DNA from: Bacteriovoracaceae bacterium
GTDB taxonomy: Bacteria; Bdellovibrionota; Bacteriovoracia; Bacteriovoracales; Bacteriovoracaceae
Reading direction: 5' to 3'
Length of the DNA stretch: 64,000 bases
Assembly: GCA_947461175.1 (NCBI GenBank)
Contig: CANHIY010000001.1
Span: 1,923-65,922 of the forward strand
Notes under the pieces: model-generated
What the model saw: the letters and a program-made list of their open reading frames with translations, nothing else
What the model was told of the DNA's origin: nothing
Databases searched by the model: none
Program-made: the position numbers and the translations under genes
Shown here: piece after piece, positions 47,791-57,958 of the stretch
Position numbering within the stretch: position 1 is the first letter of the stretch
Layout: each line of letters begins with the position of its first letter

Positions 47791-48537
47791 ATGAAGATAC
47801 TTCTAGGTCTCATCCTCATAACTTTTACGCTAAAATCTTACTCCGAAAGTATGCCTGACCATTATGAGGAACTCCTCGATTATGTTCAAGAATCTCCGGA
47901 TCAAGGTGAGGCCAACACGTGTCTTTTTATGGCCAACACTGGCGCCATGGAATTACTGGCCAATAAGAAATCTGGTCTTAAACATCCTGTGAGCTACGGT
48001 ACTTATGATCTGGCGGAGTCCTATCTTATGTGGGCAAAGGATTCAGGTGACTCTAACTCGTTTTATGATGCTCCCGTCCTGCGTTTTAATGGTCTGGGGG
48101 TCCACACCTCCCACTGGCCTTTCGAGGCTTGGGTAAACGGAAGAGTGAACCGTTCCGTATGGAACAAGCACTCTGAGTTTGACACCCTCCCTAAAATCAA
48201 ACTTCCCCTCGTTGAAACCATAAAGCTTTTTCAATTCGGTGGGAAGTGGACCACGAAAGTTCTTGATAAGTCCCATATTAAGGCGATTAAAGAGGCCCTC
48301 TGGAAATATAAAAGTCCTGTCCTTGTCAATTATAACGATGAAGGATTTTGGCATGTTGTTTTAATTGTGGGTTATGATGATAGGCTCCCTGGTCCCTGTT
48401 ATGATAATGACCCTAAGGACTGCAGCGGAAAGGGTTCCTTTTATGTCCGAGATTCCTTTGGAGTAAAAACCGAAATCCGAGATTATGATTGGTTCAAAAT
48501 CAAAGGGAATGCTGCTTTCGTTGTAAAATTAAAGTAA
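47791..48537 (+). CDS. Secreted papain-like (C1) cysteine peptidase
   Basis: Signal peptide; DQGEANTC, WHVVLIVGYDD, FYVRDSFG. Confidence 0.75.
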   Translation: MKILLGLILITFTLKSYSESMPDHYEELLDYVQESPDQGEANTCLFMANTGAMELLANKKSGLKHPVSYGTYDLAESYLMWAKDSGDSNSFYDAPVLRFNGLGVHTSHWPFEAWVNGRVNRSVWNKHSEFDTLPKIKLPLVETIKLFQFGGKWTTKVLDKSHIKAIKEALWKYKSPVLVNYNDEGFWHVVLIVGYDDRLPGPCYDNDPKDCSGKGSFYVRDSFGVKTEIRDYDWFKIKGNAAFVVKLK

Positions 48538-48605
48538 GAACTTTAATTATGACTTAAATTCCATTAAGCTGAAAACACTTGCGGATCTGCAAAGTGAGGA
48601 AACTA

Positions 48606-51011
48606 ATGGAATACAATTTTTCAGTCATAGAACCTAAATGGCAACATTACTGGGATCACCACAAAACATTTAAAACAACCGAAGACCCCACTAAACCAAA
48701 ATATTATGTGTTGGATATGTTTCCTTATCCCTCAGGTGCTGGGCTCCATGTAGGGCACCCTGAAGGTTATACGGCCACAGATATTATGGCCCGCTACAAA
48801 AGGATGAAAGGCTTTAATGTTCTTCACCCCATGGGCTGGGATTCATTTGGTCTACCTGCAGAAAATCACGCCATAAAAACGGGGATTCATCCAAATATTA
48901 CCACTCAGGAAAATATCAAAACGTTCAAGCGCCAATTAAAAATGCTTGGCTTTTCCTATGACTGGGACAGGGAAGTTGCAACATCGAATGTAGATTACTA
49001 CAAGTGGACTCAGTGGATATTCGTTCAGCTTTTTAATAAGGGGCTTGCCTACGAATCTCATATGATGGTGAATTGGTGTCCTAACCTTAAAACGGTTCTT
49101 GCGAATGAAGAAGTTATAAATGGGAAATCTGAGGTGGGAGGCCATCCTGTCATCAGAAAACCCATGAAGCAGTGGATGTTAAAGATTACTGAATATGCTG
49201 AACGCCTCTTGGAAGATCTTGACTTGTTGGATTGGCCGGACTCGGTTAAGGAAATGCAAAGAACCTGGATCGGAAAGTCTGAGGGTGCTCTGATAAAATT
49301 TCAAGTGGACGGAATAAGTGAAACCATAGAAGTATTCACTTCACGGCCTGATACACTTTTTGGAGCCACATACATGGTTTTAGCTCCTGAGCACCGTTTG
49401 GTTGAAACTCTCACCACTGAAGCTCAGAAGAAGGAAGTGACAAATTACCAGGAAGTTACGGCCTTAAAATCAGACCTCGAAAGAACTGAACTCAATAAAG
49501 ATAAAACCGGGGCCTTCACTGGGGCCTATGCCATAAATCCTGCCAATGGAAATAAAATCCCTGTCTATATCGCTGACTATGTTCTGAATACTTATGGAAC
49601 CGGAGCGATCATGTCCGTACCTGCTCATGATGAGAGAGATTATGAGTTTGCTCGGAAATTTAATCTCCCTCTTATTGAAGTAGTAAGAGGTGGAAATATA
49701 GCTGATTCTGCTTACACGGAAGATGGGGAACACATCAATTCAGGTTTTCTAGATGGACTCAACAAAAGTGACGCCATAAAAAAAATGATTTCGTGGCTTG
49801 AAGATCAAAAAATTGGATCAAAAAAAATAAACTATAAACTTCGGGATTGGTTATTTTCCAGACAAAGATACTGGGGAGAACCTTTTCCCATTTTAAAATT
49901 TGAAGACGGAACCATCCGCTGTCTCGAGGTTGATGAACTTCCTGTAGTTCTTCCTGAAGTAGAAAAATATGAACCCTCCGGAACTGGCGAATCCCCTCTT
50001 GCCACCATCGATGAGTGGTTAAATGTTATTGATCCTAAAACCGGTAAAAAAGCTAAACGTGAAACCAATACAATGCCTCAGTGGGCCGGGTCTTGTTGGT
50101 ATTATCTTCGATTTTGTGACCCCAAAAATACAAAAGAACCATGGAATTCAAAAATTGAAAATTACTGGATGCCAGTGGATCTTTATGTAGGTGGTGCTGA
50201 GCACGCAGTTCTTCACCTCCTTTATTCCAGATTCTGGCACAAAGTTCTTTATGACCTTGACTTAGTTACTACTAAAGAGCCCTTCCATAAACTCGTTAAT
50301 CAGGGAATGATTCTGGGTGAAGACGGTGAGAAGATGTCAAAATCCAGGGGCAATGTCATTAATCCTGATCTCGTGGTTAAAGAATATGGTGCGGATACCT
50401 TAAGACTTTATGAAATGTTCATGGGACCTTTAGAAAAAACCAAACCTTGGTCTATGAACGGAGTCAAAGGGGTTTATAACTTTTTAACCAGAGTTTTTAG
50501 GTTTCTTCTTGATAAAAATAATTATGTGGATGAAGTTTCCGAAGACGTCACAAACATAAGAGAGCTCCATAAACTCATTAAAAAAGTTACTGAAGACATT
50601 GAGAACATGCGCTTTAACACGGCCATTTCTCAGATGATGATCTTTACGAACCACATTTATAAAACAGGGAAAATTTCAAGAATGAGCGCGGAAAAATTTG
50701 CCCTCATCTTAAATCCTTTTGCTCCTCATTTAGCTGAAGAAATTTGGTCCTTCCTTGGGCACAACGAAACCCTTAGTACTGAAAAATGGCCTGAATTTAA
50801 TGTTGAACTTGCAAAAGATGACATGATCACTGTGGCCGTTCAAATCAATGGTAAAACCAGAGGAACTTTTGAAGTGAACCCAGAAATTTCTAAAGACGAA
50901 CTGTTTGCCCTGGTAAAATCAGATGATAAAATCGCAAAGTACCTTGCAGGCACCATTGTTAAAGAAATTTATGTGCCAGGAAAAATCTGCAATTTTGTGG
51001 TAAAAGAATAA
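48606..51011 (+). CDS. leuS: Leucine--tRNA ligase
   Basis: [54 protein letters not shown]; GAGGA RBS before ATG 48606. Confidence 0.98.
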   Translation: MEYNFSVIEPKWQHYWDHHKTFKTTEDPTKPKYYVLDMFPYPSGAGLHVGHPEGYTATDIMARYKRMKGFNVLHPMGWDSFGLPAENHAIKTGIHPNITTQENIKTFKRQLKMLGFSYDWDREVATSNVDYYKWTQWIFVQLFNKGLAYESHMMVNWCPNLKTVLANEEVINGKSEVGGHPVIRKPMKQWMLKITEYAERLLEDLDLLDWPDSVKEMQRTWIGKSEGALIKFQVDGISETIEVFTSRPDTLFGATYMVLAPEHRLVETLTTEAQKKEVTNYQEVTALKSDLERTELNKDKTGAFTGAYAINPANGNKIPVYIADYVLNTYGTGAIMSVPAHDERDYEFARKFNLPLIEVVRGGNIADSAYTEDGEHINSGFLDGLNKSDAIKKMISWLEDQKIGSKKINYKLRDWLFSRQRYWGEPFPILKFEDGTIRCLEVDELPVVLPEVEKYEPSGTGESPLATIDEWLNVIDPKTGKKAKRETNTMPQWAGSCWYYLRFCDPKNTKEPWNSKIENYWMPVDLYVGGAEHAVLHLLYSRFWHKVLYDLDLVTTKEPFHKLVNQGMILGEDGEKMSKSRGNVINPDLVVKEYGADTLRLYEMFMGPLEKTKPWSMNGVKGVYNFLTRVFRFLLDKNNYVDEVSEDVTNIRELHKLIKKVTEDIENMRFNTAISQMMIFTNHIYKTGKISRMSAEKFALILNPFAPHLAEEIWSFLGHNETLSTEKWPEFNVELAKDDMITVAVQINGKTRGTFEVNPEISKDELFALVKSDDKIAKYLAGTIVKEIYVPGKICNFVVKE

Positions 51012-51013
51012 TT

Positions 51014-51487
51014 TTAATAATTGTCTGCTGGCCCGGTAGAAAAGGTCAGCAGACACTTTTCAATGGCACAATTAAAACTAAATCGAAAATGCCTGGAGTA
51101 CTGACCATTTAGGGCAACTCCATAAACCCTCTCGAGAGAGTAGAGCTTTTTAGTGTCCTGGGTGTAGCTTAAGGAATTCATAATGCTTTTTATCAATTCT
51201 TTATCCTTAAGTTCAATTTTATGCTCGTCATATCTTTGATTAACTGATTTTGAGACCTCAAGTTTACAAGTGGAAAATGAGGGCAAGGAAGTATCTAAGT
51301 AATAATCCGCTTCGCACTGAATTTTAAAATCCTGATCTGAATTTCGAGGGAATTCATAATATTTTTTTTTAACACCGCTTTTTTCTTCTACTTTCACCAA
51401 GGACTCAGGAATTTTTCTCACCAAAAATTCCAATTTTTGTTGGTCAAACAACGTTAGAGGTACAGAAAACATCAACACTTCAAACAT
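51014..51487 (-). CDS. Hypothetical protein
   Basis: 157-aa ORF with AAGGA RBS overlapping the upstream stop; four Cys. Confidence 0.6.
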   Translation of the reverse strand: MFEVLMFSVPLTLFDQQKLEFLVRKIPESLVKVEEKSGVKKKYYEFPRNSDQDFKIQCEADYYLDTSLPSFSTCKLEVSKSVNQRYDEHKIELKDKELIKSIMNSLSYTQDTKKLYSLERVYGVALNGQYSRHFRFSFNCAIEKCLLTFSTGPADNY

Positions 51488-51494
51488 AAATTCC

Positions 51495-52172
51495 TTACGG
51501 GAACACTTTTAAAAAATAGTTAAGTAAAGTCATGCCAAGACCAGAGATCACCGGAATAGTTAGGTTGTCATCGATATTAAAAGCTGAAACCAACTCTGAG
51601 AGGGCGCCAATAAGTCCAGCCACTATGGAAAAGACCAATAAATGAGTTCCCAAGGTAGAAGAATTAATCACATAAAACAAAGTGATAAGGTAGCAGGTGA
51701 AAAATCCAGCCACCGCTCCCTGGAGAGACTTATTTGGTAAAATCTTATCCTTACCGTACAAGACTCCAAAAAAAGAAGAAAGAGGGTCAGAGAAGACCAA
51801 AAACATGGTGGAAAGAATGGCCACGTCCCTTGAATAGAAAAATAGCGCCATGGACACCCCTAGGGCATAGAAGGGCAATCCGGTAAAGCCATTCTTTTCA
51901 GAACGACGCATTACAGGTCCCATGAGCTTTACCACGAGGTTATTTACTCCCTGGGACCTTCCACGGATGACATCAATGGTGAAACCAAAAATCGAAATAC
52001 ATAAAACAATTTTCGCCCAGGAGATTTGAGAAAGACTGGACTGATAAAATAAAAAGAGACCAAGGCTTCCTGTTGAAATATGCCAAAGTTTTCTAAGTAT
52101 ATGAAGATCCGAACGTTTATGCAGAATTGTCTCAAACGAGGAATCATACTTTTGACCATGAGAGGTGGCCAT
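51495..52172 (-). CDS. CTP-dependent diacylglycerol/polyprenol/phytol kinase family membrane protein
   Basis: RKLWH, MRRSE, SDPLSSFFG, KSLQG, DDNLTIP. Confidence 0.85.
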   Translation of the reverse strand: MATSHGQKYDSSFETILHKRSDLHILRKLWHISTGSLGLFLFYQSSLSQISWAKIVLCISIFGFTIDVIRGRSQGVNNLVVKLMGPVMRRSEKNGFTGLPFYALGVSMALFFYSRDVAILSTMFLVFSDPLSSFFGVLYGKDKILPNKSLQGAVAGFFTCYLITLFYVINSSTLGTHLLVFSIVAGLIGALSELVSAFNIDDNLTIPVISGLGMTLLNYFLKVFP

Positions 52173-52424
52173 CTCCGCTCCTTTCAGAAAGGACTTTAAA
52201 CAAAATCCGTCTATGTCCGATCATTCTTAAGGTTAAATAAAGTCCACTCAATTTAATGGATTCAACTACCATCGTCAAAGTTTTGGGGTAAAAATTCCTG
52301 ACTAATGATGACCCCCTATGCCGTAAGTTTATTAAGGAACATCCTTAGACTTCAATAACGGTCTTGGCGCCAAGAAGAAAATAACCTTCCCAAAGCCTAA
52401 ATTTGGTTCATATAATTTCAGAAT

Positions 52425-53360
52425 ATGAATTTTGAGACAGAAACAGATGCTGCAATCCAGAATGTGAAAAAAATCTGGGCGATAGGTGGCGGGAAGGGTG
52501 GAGTTGGAAAGAGCTTAGTGTCTGCTAATGTAGCCATTTGTCTCGCCCTCATGGGTAATAAGGTGGTTGCAGTAGATTTAGATCTGGGTGGGGCCAACCT
52601 GCATACTTGCTTGGGACTTCCCATTCCCACAATGACGCTCTCTGACTATATTTCAAAAAAGGTAACCAATTTTGAGGACCTCTTAGTTTCCACTCCCATC
52701 CATAATTTAAAAATTATATCTGGGGCCCAGGATGAATTGGGCATGGCTAATTTAAAGCACATGCACAAAAATCAAATCATCCGAAAACTCCATGAGCTAG
52801 ATGCTGACTATATTCTTTTTGACCTCGGTGCTGGCACGGCCTTTAATACCATCGATTTCTTCATCACGGCAGATAAAGGAATCCTAGTGGTGCTTCCGGA
52901 GCCAACTTCCATTGAAAATACTTATCGTTTTATTAAATCTGTTTTTTACCGCAGATTAAAAATGATTGATGGTATTGCTGATTTGGAGCCCCTCATTGAA
53001 GAGGCCATGAAGTCCAAAATCACAGCATCAGGTGGATCAACATCTCCTTCAGATCTCATCAAAAAAATTTGTGAAATAAACCCAGACGTAGGTCTTAAAG
53101 TGAAGAATGAAATGGGTCATTTCAGACCTAATTTGATCATCAACCAGGTTAGGTCTCAGGCAGACATCGATATTGGGTACTCTATTCAAAGTATTTGTCG
53201 AAAATATTTTGGTATTGAAATGACCTTCCCCGGATACCTAGACTATGACCAGTCCGTCTGGCAAAGTGTCCGTAAGCGAAAACCACTCCTAATAGAATAT
53301 CCCAACTCAAAACTGGTGAATAATTTTGACCGGATCGTCAACAGGCTCGTTGAATCTTAG
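52425..53360 (+). CDS. MinD/FlhG/ParA family P-loop ATPase
   Basis: Deviant Walker A GKGGVGKS, DLDLGGANL, DLGAG, PEPTSIENTY. Confidence 0.9.
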   Translation: MNFETETDAAIQNVKKIWAIGGGKGGVGKSLVSANVAICLALMGNKVVAVDLDLGGANLHTCLGLPIPTMTLSDYISKKVTNFEDLLVSTPIHNLKIISGAQDELGMANLKHMHKNQIIRKLHELDADYILFDLGAGTAFNTIDFFITADKGILVVLPEPTSIENTYRFIKSVFYRRLKMIDGIADLEPLIEEAMKSKITASGGSTSPSDLIKKICEINPDVGLKVKNEMGHFRPNLIINQVRSQADIDIGYSIQSICRKYFGIEMTFPGYLDYDQSVWQSVRKRKPLLIEYPNSKLVNNFDRIVNRLVES

Positions 53361-53370
53361 AGGTACAGGC

Positions 53371-54063
53371 ATGGATGCAGAAAAGAAGAATTACTATGAG
53401 GTTCTGGAGATTGAGGTTAATGCAAATCCTCAGCAAATTGAAAGCGCCTACATTAGGTCCAAAAATGCCTATTCAGGAGACAGTGTTGCTCTTTATTCTC
53501 TCATGACCAAAGACGAGTGCAATTTTATTTTAGACCAAGTTGAAGAAGCTTACTCCGTTTTGGGTTTTCCGGAAAAAAGAAGAGAATATGACCGGTTGAG
53601 AGGATTTAACCAACATGGAACAATCAAGGTCAGAAATACCAATCAGATGCATACTATCACCACCATTGATGACCGATCAAAAGATGCCATCGTATATGAA
53701 AACTATGGATCAAACCTCATAGAAGCTAAGGTCTCAAAAATTACGGCACAAAAAAAGTTCTCTCTTGATTTTTCTGAGAATCCTGAAATGGAAAGAAGGA
53801 TCATAAATTGTATCGATTTTTCCGGAACTTTTCTGAAAGAAGTACGTGAATATAAAAATGTAACCATTGAACGAATGGCCGACATGACTAGAATTTCTAA
53901 AACACACATCACAGCCCTAGAAAATGAGGATGTAAAAAAACTACCGGCGGATGTTTATGTAAGGGGCTACGTTTATCAATATGCCAAGGTTTTAAAACTT
54001 AATCCTGAGCAGGTAGCAACAAGTTATTTGTCTCATTTAAAAAAATTAAAAAACCAAAAATAA
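53371..54063 (+). CDS. J-like domain plus RodZ/XRE-type HTH protein
   Basis: NYYEVLEI...EEAYSVL...RREYD (J-like, HPD absent); LKEVRE...TRISKTHITALEN...YVRGYVYQYAKVL. Confidence 0.8.
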   Translation: MDAEKKNYYEVLEIEVNANPQQIESAYIRSKNAYSGDSVALYSLMTKDECNFILDQVEEAYSVLGFPEKRREYDRLRGFNQHGTIKVRNTNQMHTITTIDDRSKDAIVYENYGSNLIEAKVSKITAQKKFSLDFSENPEMERRIINCIDFSGTFLKEVREYKNVTIERMADMTRISKTHITALENEDVKKLPADVYVRGYVYQYAKVLKLNPEQVATSYLSHLKKLKNQK

Positions 54064-55055
54064 TGGTTTCAGACACAGAATCAGAATTGACTGAAAATTT
54101 TGTCCTGAAAGTTGAATTGAAGGACAGGGATCAGTTCAAACGGCTGGATGTGTTTCTGGCAGACAAGCTTCCCTTTTCCAGATCCACTATCAAAAGAATG
54201 TTTGAGGATGAAAACATTTCTAGTGACTGCAACTTATCTATAAACAAGATGCCTCCTGCAGGAACGTTAATAGAGGTTGAAGTACCTCCACCTGTACCAA
54301 CGGATCTTGTCCCTGAAAATATTCCTTTGGAAATTCTCTTTGAGGATGAGCACTTAATCATCATCAATAAATCACCTGGAATGGTTGTTCACCCCGCTCC
54401 TGGTCACTACTCGGGAACTCTTGTAAATGCCATCCTTCATCACTGCCCGGACCTTAAAGGGATTGGGTCAGAAAAAAGACCTGGGATTGTTCATCGTCTG
54501 GACATGGGAACATCCGGTGTGATGGTGGTTGCCAAGGATCATAAAACCCATGAAGGACTGGTTTCACTTTTTTCAGTCCATGCCATAGAAAGGAAATATG
54601 AGGCGATTATTGCCGGTCGTCCTGCCGTACACTCCGGAACCATTACTTCAACAATTGGAAGACACCCCACCCATCGTCAAAAAATGGCCGCCAATGTAAA
54701 GAATGGTAAAAGGGCCGTGACACATTACAAGACCCTTAAGCAATTTGACCATGCCGCTCATGTTGAACTGCGACTTGAAACGGGTCGAACTCACCAAATA
54801 AGAGTTCACATGTCTCAACTTCTTCACACACCTATTATTTGTGATCCAGTCTATGGGGGAAGTGATTCTCATCTAAAAAAGATTCCAGAAGGTATACAAA
54901 AAAGACTCCAAAATTATCCCTATCAGCTTTTGCATGCTAAGGAACTTGGGTTTATTCATCCTATCACACACAAGGAAATTCATTTCACCTCCTCCCCTCC
55001 TGAAATCTTCAAAGATGCACTTGAGGCATTAAAGCTCTCTTCTCATCAAAGTTAG
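54063..55055 (+). CDS. rluD: 23S rRNA pseudouridine synthase RluA/RluD family
   Basis: S4-like RLDVFL, NKSPGMVVHP, GIVHRLDMGTSG, ETGRTHQIRVH, LHAKELGF. Confidence 0.9.
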   Translation: MVSDTESELTENFVLKVELKDRDQFKRLDVFLADKLPFSRSTIKRMFEDENISSDCNLSINKMPPAGTLIEVEVPPPVPTDLVPENIPLEILFEDEHLIIINKSPGMVVHPAPGHYSGTLVNAILHHCPDLKGIGSEKRPGIVHRLDMGTSGVMVVAKDHKTHEGLVSLFSVHAIERKYEAIIAGRPAVHSGTITSTIGRHPTHRQKMAANVKNGKRAVTHYKTLKQFDHAAHVELRLETGRTHQIRVHMSQLLHTPIICDPVYGGSDSHLKKIPEGIQKRLQNYPYQLLHAKELGFIHPITHKEIHFTSSPPEIFKDALEALKLSSHQS

Positions 55056-55109
55056 GCCCTTAAATTTCAAGTGTGACGGGTAAAAATTTTAACTATATAA
55101 TAAATCCTC

Positions 55110-55691
55110 ATGAAAGCAGTATATTCTGAAGGTCTACATAAAGGTCGCTTTGAAACCTGGCCCAATAAACCAGACATAAGTCTCTTGCACGCTATGCAAG
55201 TGCATGGAATAGATATTGTTCCACCCAAAAATCTTCCTTGTGAGGCAGATGGGATTATCGTCCTGTGGGAAGATTTTAATACTGCCCTGGCCATAAAAAC
55301 TGCTGATTGTCTCCCTATTGTCATTGAAGGAGAAAAAGGTGTTGTCGTTGCTCATGCTGGGTGGCGAGGTCTTAGGGATGGAATACTGGAGCGATCAGAG
55401 ATTAAAAAAATTTACCCTCAAAGAGTTTTCATCGGCCCAAGTATTCATGAGTGCTGTTTTGAGGTTTCTCAAGATTTCTTACTCCATTTCCCAGATAGTC
55501 CTTTTTTTCGAAAAGTTGAAGATAAGCACTATTTCAATCTTCAAGCAGAAGCAAAAAGAATTTTAAATCAAAGTTTTACTTCTCTACAGGTTCAAATAGC
55601 TCCTGTATGCACATGTTGCCAAACCAGTTTGCATAGTTACCGAAGAGATAAAACGTCAGAGAGAAACTGGAATATTTACATCAAAGGATAA
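55110..55691 (+). CDS. pgeF: PgeF/YfiH family purine nucleoside phosphorylase-like protein
   Basis: QVHG, TADCLP, AHAGWRG, GPSI..CC, CT, SYRR; typical position after rluD. Confidence 0.85.
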   Translation: MKAVYSEGLHKGRFETWPNKPDISLLHAMQVHGIDIVPPKNLPCEADGIIVLWEDFNTALAIKTADCLPIVIEGEKGVVVAHAGWRGLRDGILERSEIKKIYPQRVFIGPSIHECCFEVSQDFLLHFPDSPFFRKVEDKHYFNLQAEAKRILNQSFTSLQVQIAPVCTCCQTSLHSYRRDKTSERNWNIYIKG

Positions 55692-55696
55692 ATAAG

Positions 55697-56845
55697 ATGG
55701 ACGCTAGAAAAAATCTTACTCTCGAAGGAATGACTGGAAAAAATTTTTTTTTCATCATTAATGCCGTTGGGATCATTGCAGTCTGCACCTACCTGACGAC
55801 TCATTTTTATGAAGTCCTCTACCCTACGAAACTTGGTGGGGCCAGTAGCCTTTGTAACATCTCGGACCTTTTTAACTGTGATGCCGCAACTTATTCTAAA
55901 CTCTCAAATATTGCTGGAATTCCCATTTCCTTTTTTGGAATTATTGTGGGCGTTTTTTTTGTTTTCACGAGCCTCATGCCTAGTGAGGCCATGGAAAAAA
56001 CCGCAAGTGCTCTCTCAAAGTACAATTTCATCGGCTGTATCATTCTTTTCATCTTTTCCATCGGAGTTCTTGGAAGCTTATGCCCCTTTTGTACTCTTTA
56101 CTATGCTCTCTCTGGGATTGCAGCACTCCTCTTGTGGAGAGAGGGTATTCACTCCTGGTTACCTGATATGAAAATTTCATCCCTTTGGAGTGTCCTACTT
56201 ATTGCCGGTTCATTTTTTATGTATCAGACGACCCAAGGTAAAGAAGAGCTCAGCACAAAAATGAGCGAAAGTGTCGTAAGTCAGTACAAGAATCTTCCAA
56301 ACCTCGGGGAACTTGATGTTGAATCTCCTTACAAAATACACAAGGCTTCGGAAAAATGGATGGATGCTCCCATAAGAATCACCGTTTTTTCAGACTTTGA
56401 GTGTCCATTCTGTAAAGTAGTGGCCGAACAAATTCCGGAGCTCATTAGGCGCTATAAAGGAAAGATAAATGTTCAGTATGTCTTTTATCCACTGGATGCT
56501 AAATGTAATTCCAACATGAAAAGCAATTTCCACAAAAATGCCTGTGATGCTGCGGCCCTGGCGGCCTGTAGCGAAGAAAAATTTCTGGAAATTCATGATG
56601 AAATTTTTAATTCTCAGGACCAACTTAAAGATGGCATTTTAGCGGAACTGGCAACAAAGCATGGTCTTACCAATTGCATCGATAATGAAAATATTAAAAA
56701 CAAAGTTATTCAGGCCATCAATCAGGGCACAAAATACAACTTAAAATCAACTCCTACTCTCATCGTGAATGGTAAAAAAATTGAGGGAACAATCCCGAAT
56801 AATCAGTTTTTTGCCATTTTTGAAGATATTCTAAAAGAAAAATAA
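55697..56845 (+). CDS. VKOR - DsbA/thioredoxin fusion
   Basis: VKOR Cys pairs C..C (LCNISDLFNC) and CPFC in the TM region; DsbA SDFECPFC, cis-Pro TPT. Confidence 0.88.
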   Translation: MDARKNLTLEGMTGKNFFFIINAVGIIAVCTYLTTHFYEVLYPTKLGGASSLCNISDLFNCDAATYSKLSNIAGIPISFFGIIVGVFFVFTSLMPSEAMEKTASALSKYNFIGCIILFIFSIGVLGSLCPFCTLYYALSGIAALLLWREGIHSWLPDMKISSLWSVLLIAGSFFMYQTTQGKEELSTKMSESVVSQYKNLPNLGELDVESPYKIHKASEKWMDAPIRITVFSDFECPFCKVVAEQIPELIRRYKGKINVQYVFYPLDAKCNSNMKSNFHKNACDAAALAACSEEKFLEIHDEIFNSQDQLKDGILAELATKHGLTNCIDNENIKNKVIQAINQGTKYNLKSTPTLIVNGKKIEGTIPNNQFFAIFEDILKEK

Positions 56846-57618
56846 TGTTTATAGAAACCCACTGCCACCTAGACTACTTAAAGGCCGAGCCTCTGGAAGA
56901 GATCAGGAAAAAGATTTCAGAGGCAGGAATTACCAAAGTCATTACTATTGGTGTCGATCCTCAAAATCTGGACAAGGTGAAAGAGCTCTCAGAAAACTAT
57001 GACGAGGTGTATTTCACTCAAGGCATCCACCCTCATGATGCTAAAGAGGCCACTGATCTTGAATTTGAAAAGATATCAACGAGAGCAGCTTTAAAAAAGA
57101 TGGTTGCCGTTGGGGAAATTGGTCTGGATTATCATTATAATAATTCACCACCAGACATTCAGAGGAAACAATTTGAAAGACAGCTCCAAATTGCTGTTGA
57201 TCAGGATCTTCCTGTGGTTATTCACACCCGAGACGCTGAAGAAGACACGAAGAGCATCCTAAAAAACTTCTCCGCCCATTTGAAAAAAAAAGGTGTGATC
57301 CACAGTTTTACTTCAAGAATTGATCTTGCTGAATTTGTCCTAAGTGAAGGCTTCTACATTGGTTTTAATGGAATTATTACTTTTAAAAAAGCTGAAAATG
57401 TTCAAGAGGTGGTCAGAATCACTCCTACAAACCGCCTCCTTTTTGAAACTGATTCTCCCTTCCTTACTCCTGTTCCACATCGAGGGAAAGAAAATGCACC
57501 CTACTATTTACCTCTTGTGGCCTCCAAAATTGCCGAACTAAAATCTTGTGACCTGGAAGCTTTAACGAAAGAGGTTTTTGACAATTCCCTGAAGTGTTTT
57601 TCAAAACTCTCCCCGTAA
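56845..57618 (+). CDS. tatD: TatD family nuclease
   Basis: THCHLD, GIHPH, VGEIGLDY, IHTR, IHSF, FETDSPF. Confidence 0.93.
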   Translation: MFIETHCHLDYLKAEPLEEIRKKISEAGITKVITIGVDPQNLDKVKELSENYDEVYFTQGIHPHDAKEATDLEFEKISTRAALKKMVAVGEIGLDYHYNNSPPDIQRKQFERQLQIAVDQDLPVVIHTRDAEEDTKSILKNFSAHLKKKGVIHSFTSRIDLAEFVLSEGFYIGFNGIITFKKAENVQEVVRITPTNRLLFETDSPFLTPVPHRGKENAPYYLPLVASKIAELKSCDLEALTKEVFDNSLKCFSKLSP

Positions 57619-57629
57619 CACTTCTCATC

Positions 57630-57860
57630 CTAAATAAGATTTAACATTCTCTGAAGAATCTCATCCGCCGGTTTTTGATTTGATAAAAAGTTTTTTATCA
57701 CATGAAGCTCAAGAGAATGAAGTTGATCTGAGCTGGTTAAAGTGGAATGGGATGGATGATCCATCAGCTTATTAAAATAAAAAGCTATTAAGTCATTTTT
57801 CTCATAGCTTTCGAGAAGCTCTTTGGTATCGCAGGAAAGTTCAGTAAAATCAGCTAGCAT
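57630..57860 (-). CDS. Small hypothetical protein
   Basis: GAGGA RBS; 76-aa ORF downstream of yhaM on the same strand. Confidence 0.5.
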   Translation of the reverse strand: MLADFTELSCDTKELLESYEKNDLIAFYFNKLMDHPSHSTLTSSDQLHSLELHVIKNFLSNQKPADEILQRMLNLI

Positions 57861-57958
57861 AAAATCCTCACGGGGATCTTTCTACAGCAATAATTTAGTT
57901 TTCAAAACTATGTCTTAATCTTGTCAAAAGATCTTAAGCTGGGATTAAGGTTGTGGGC

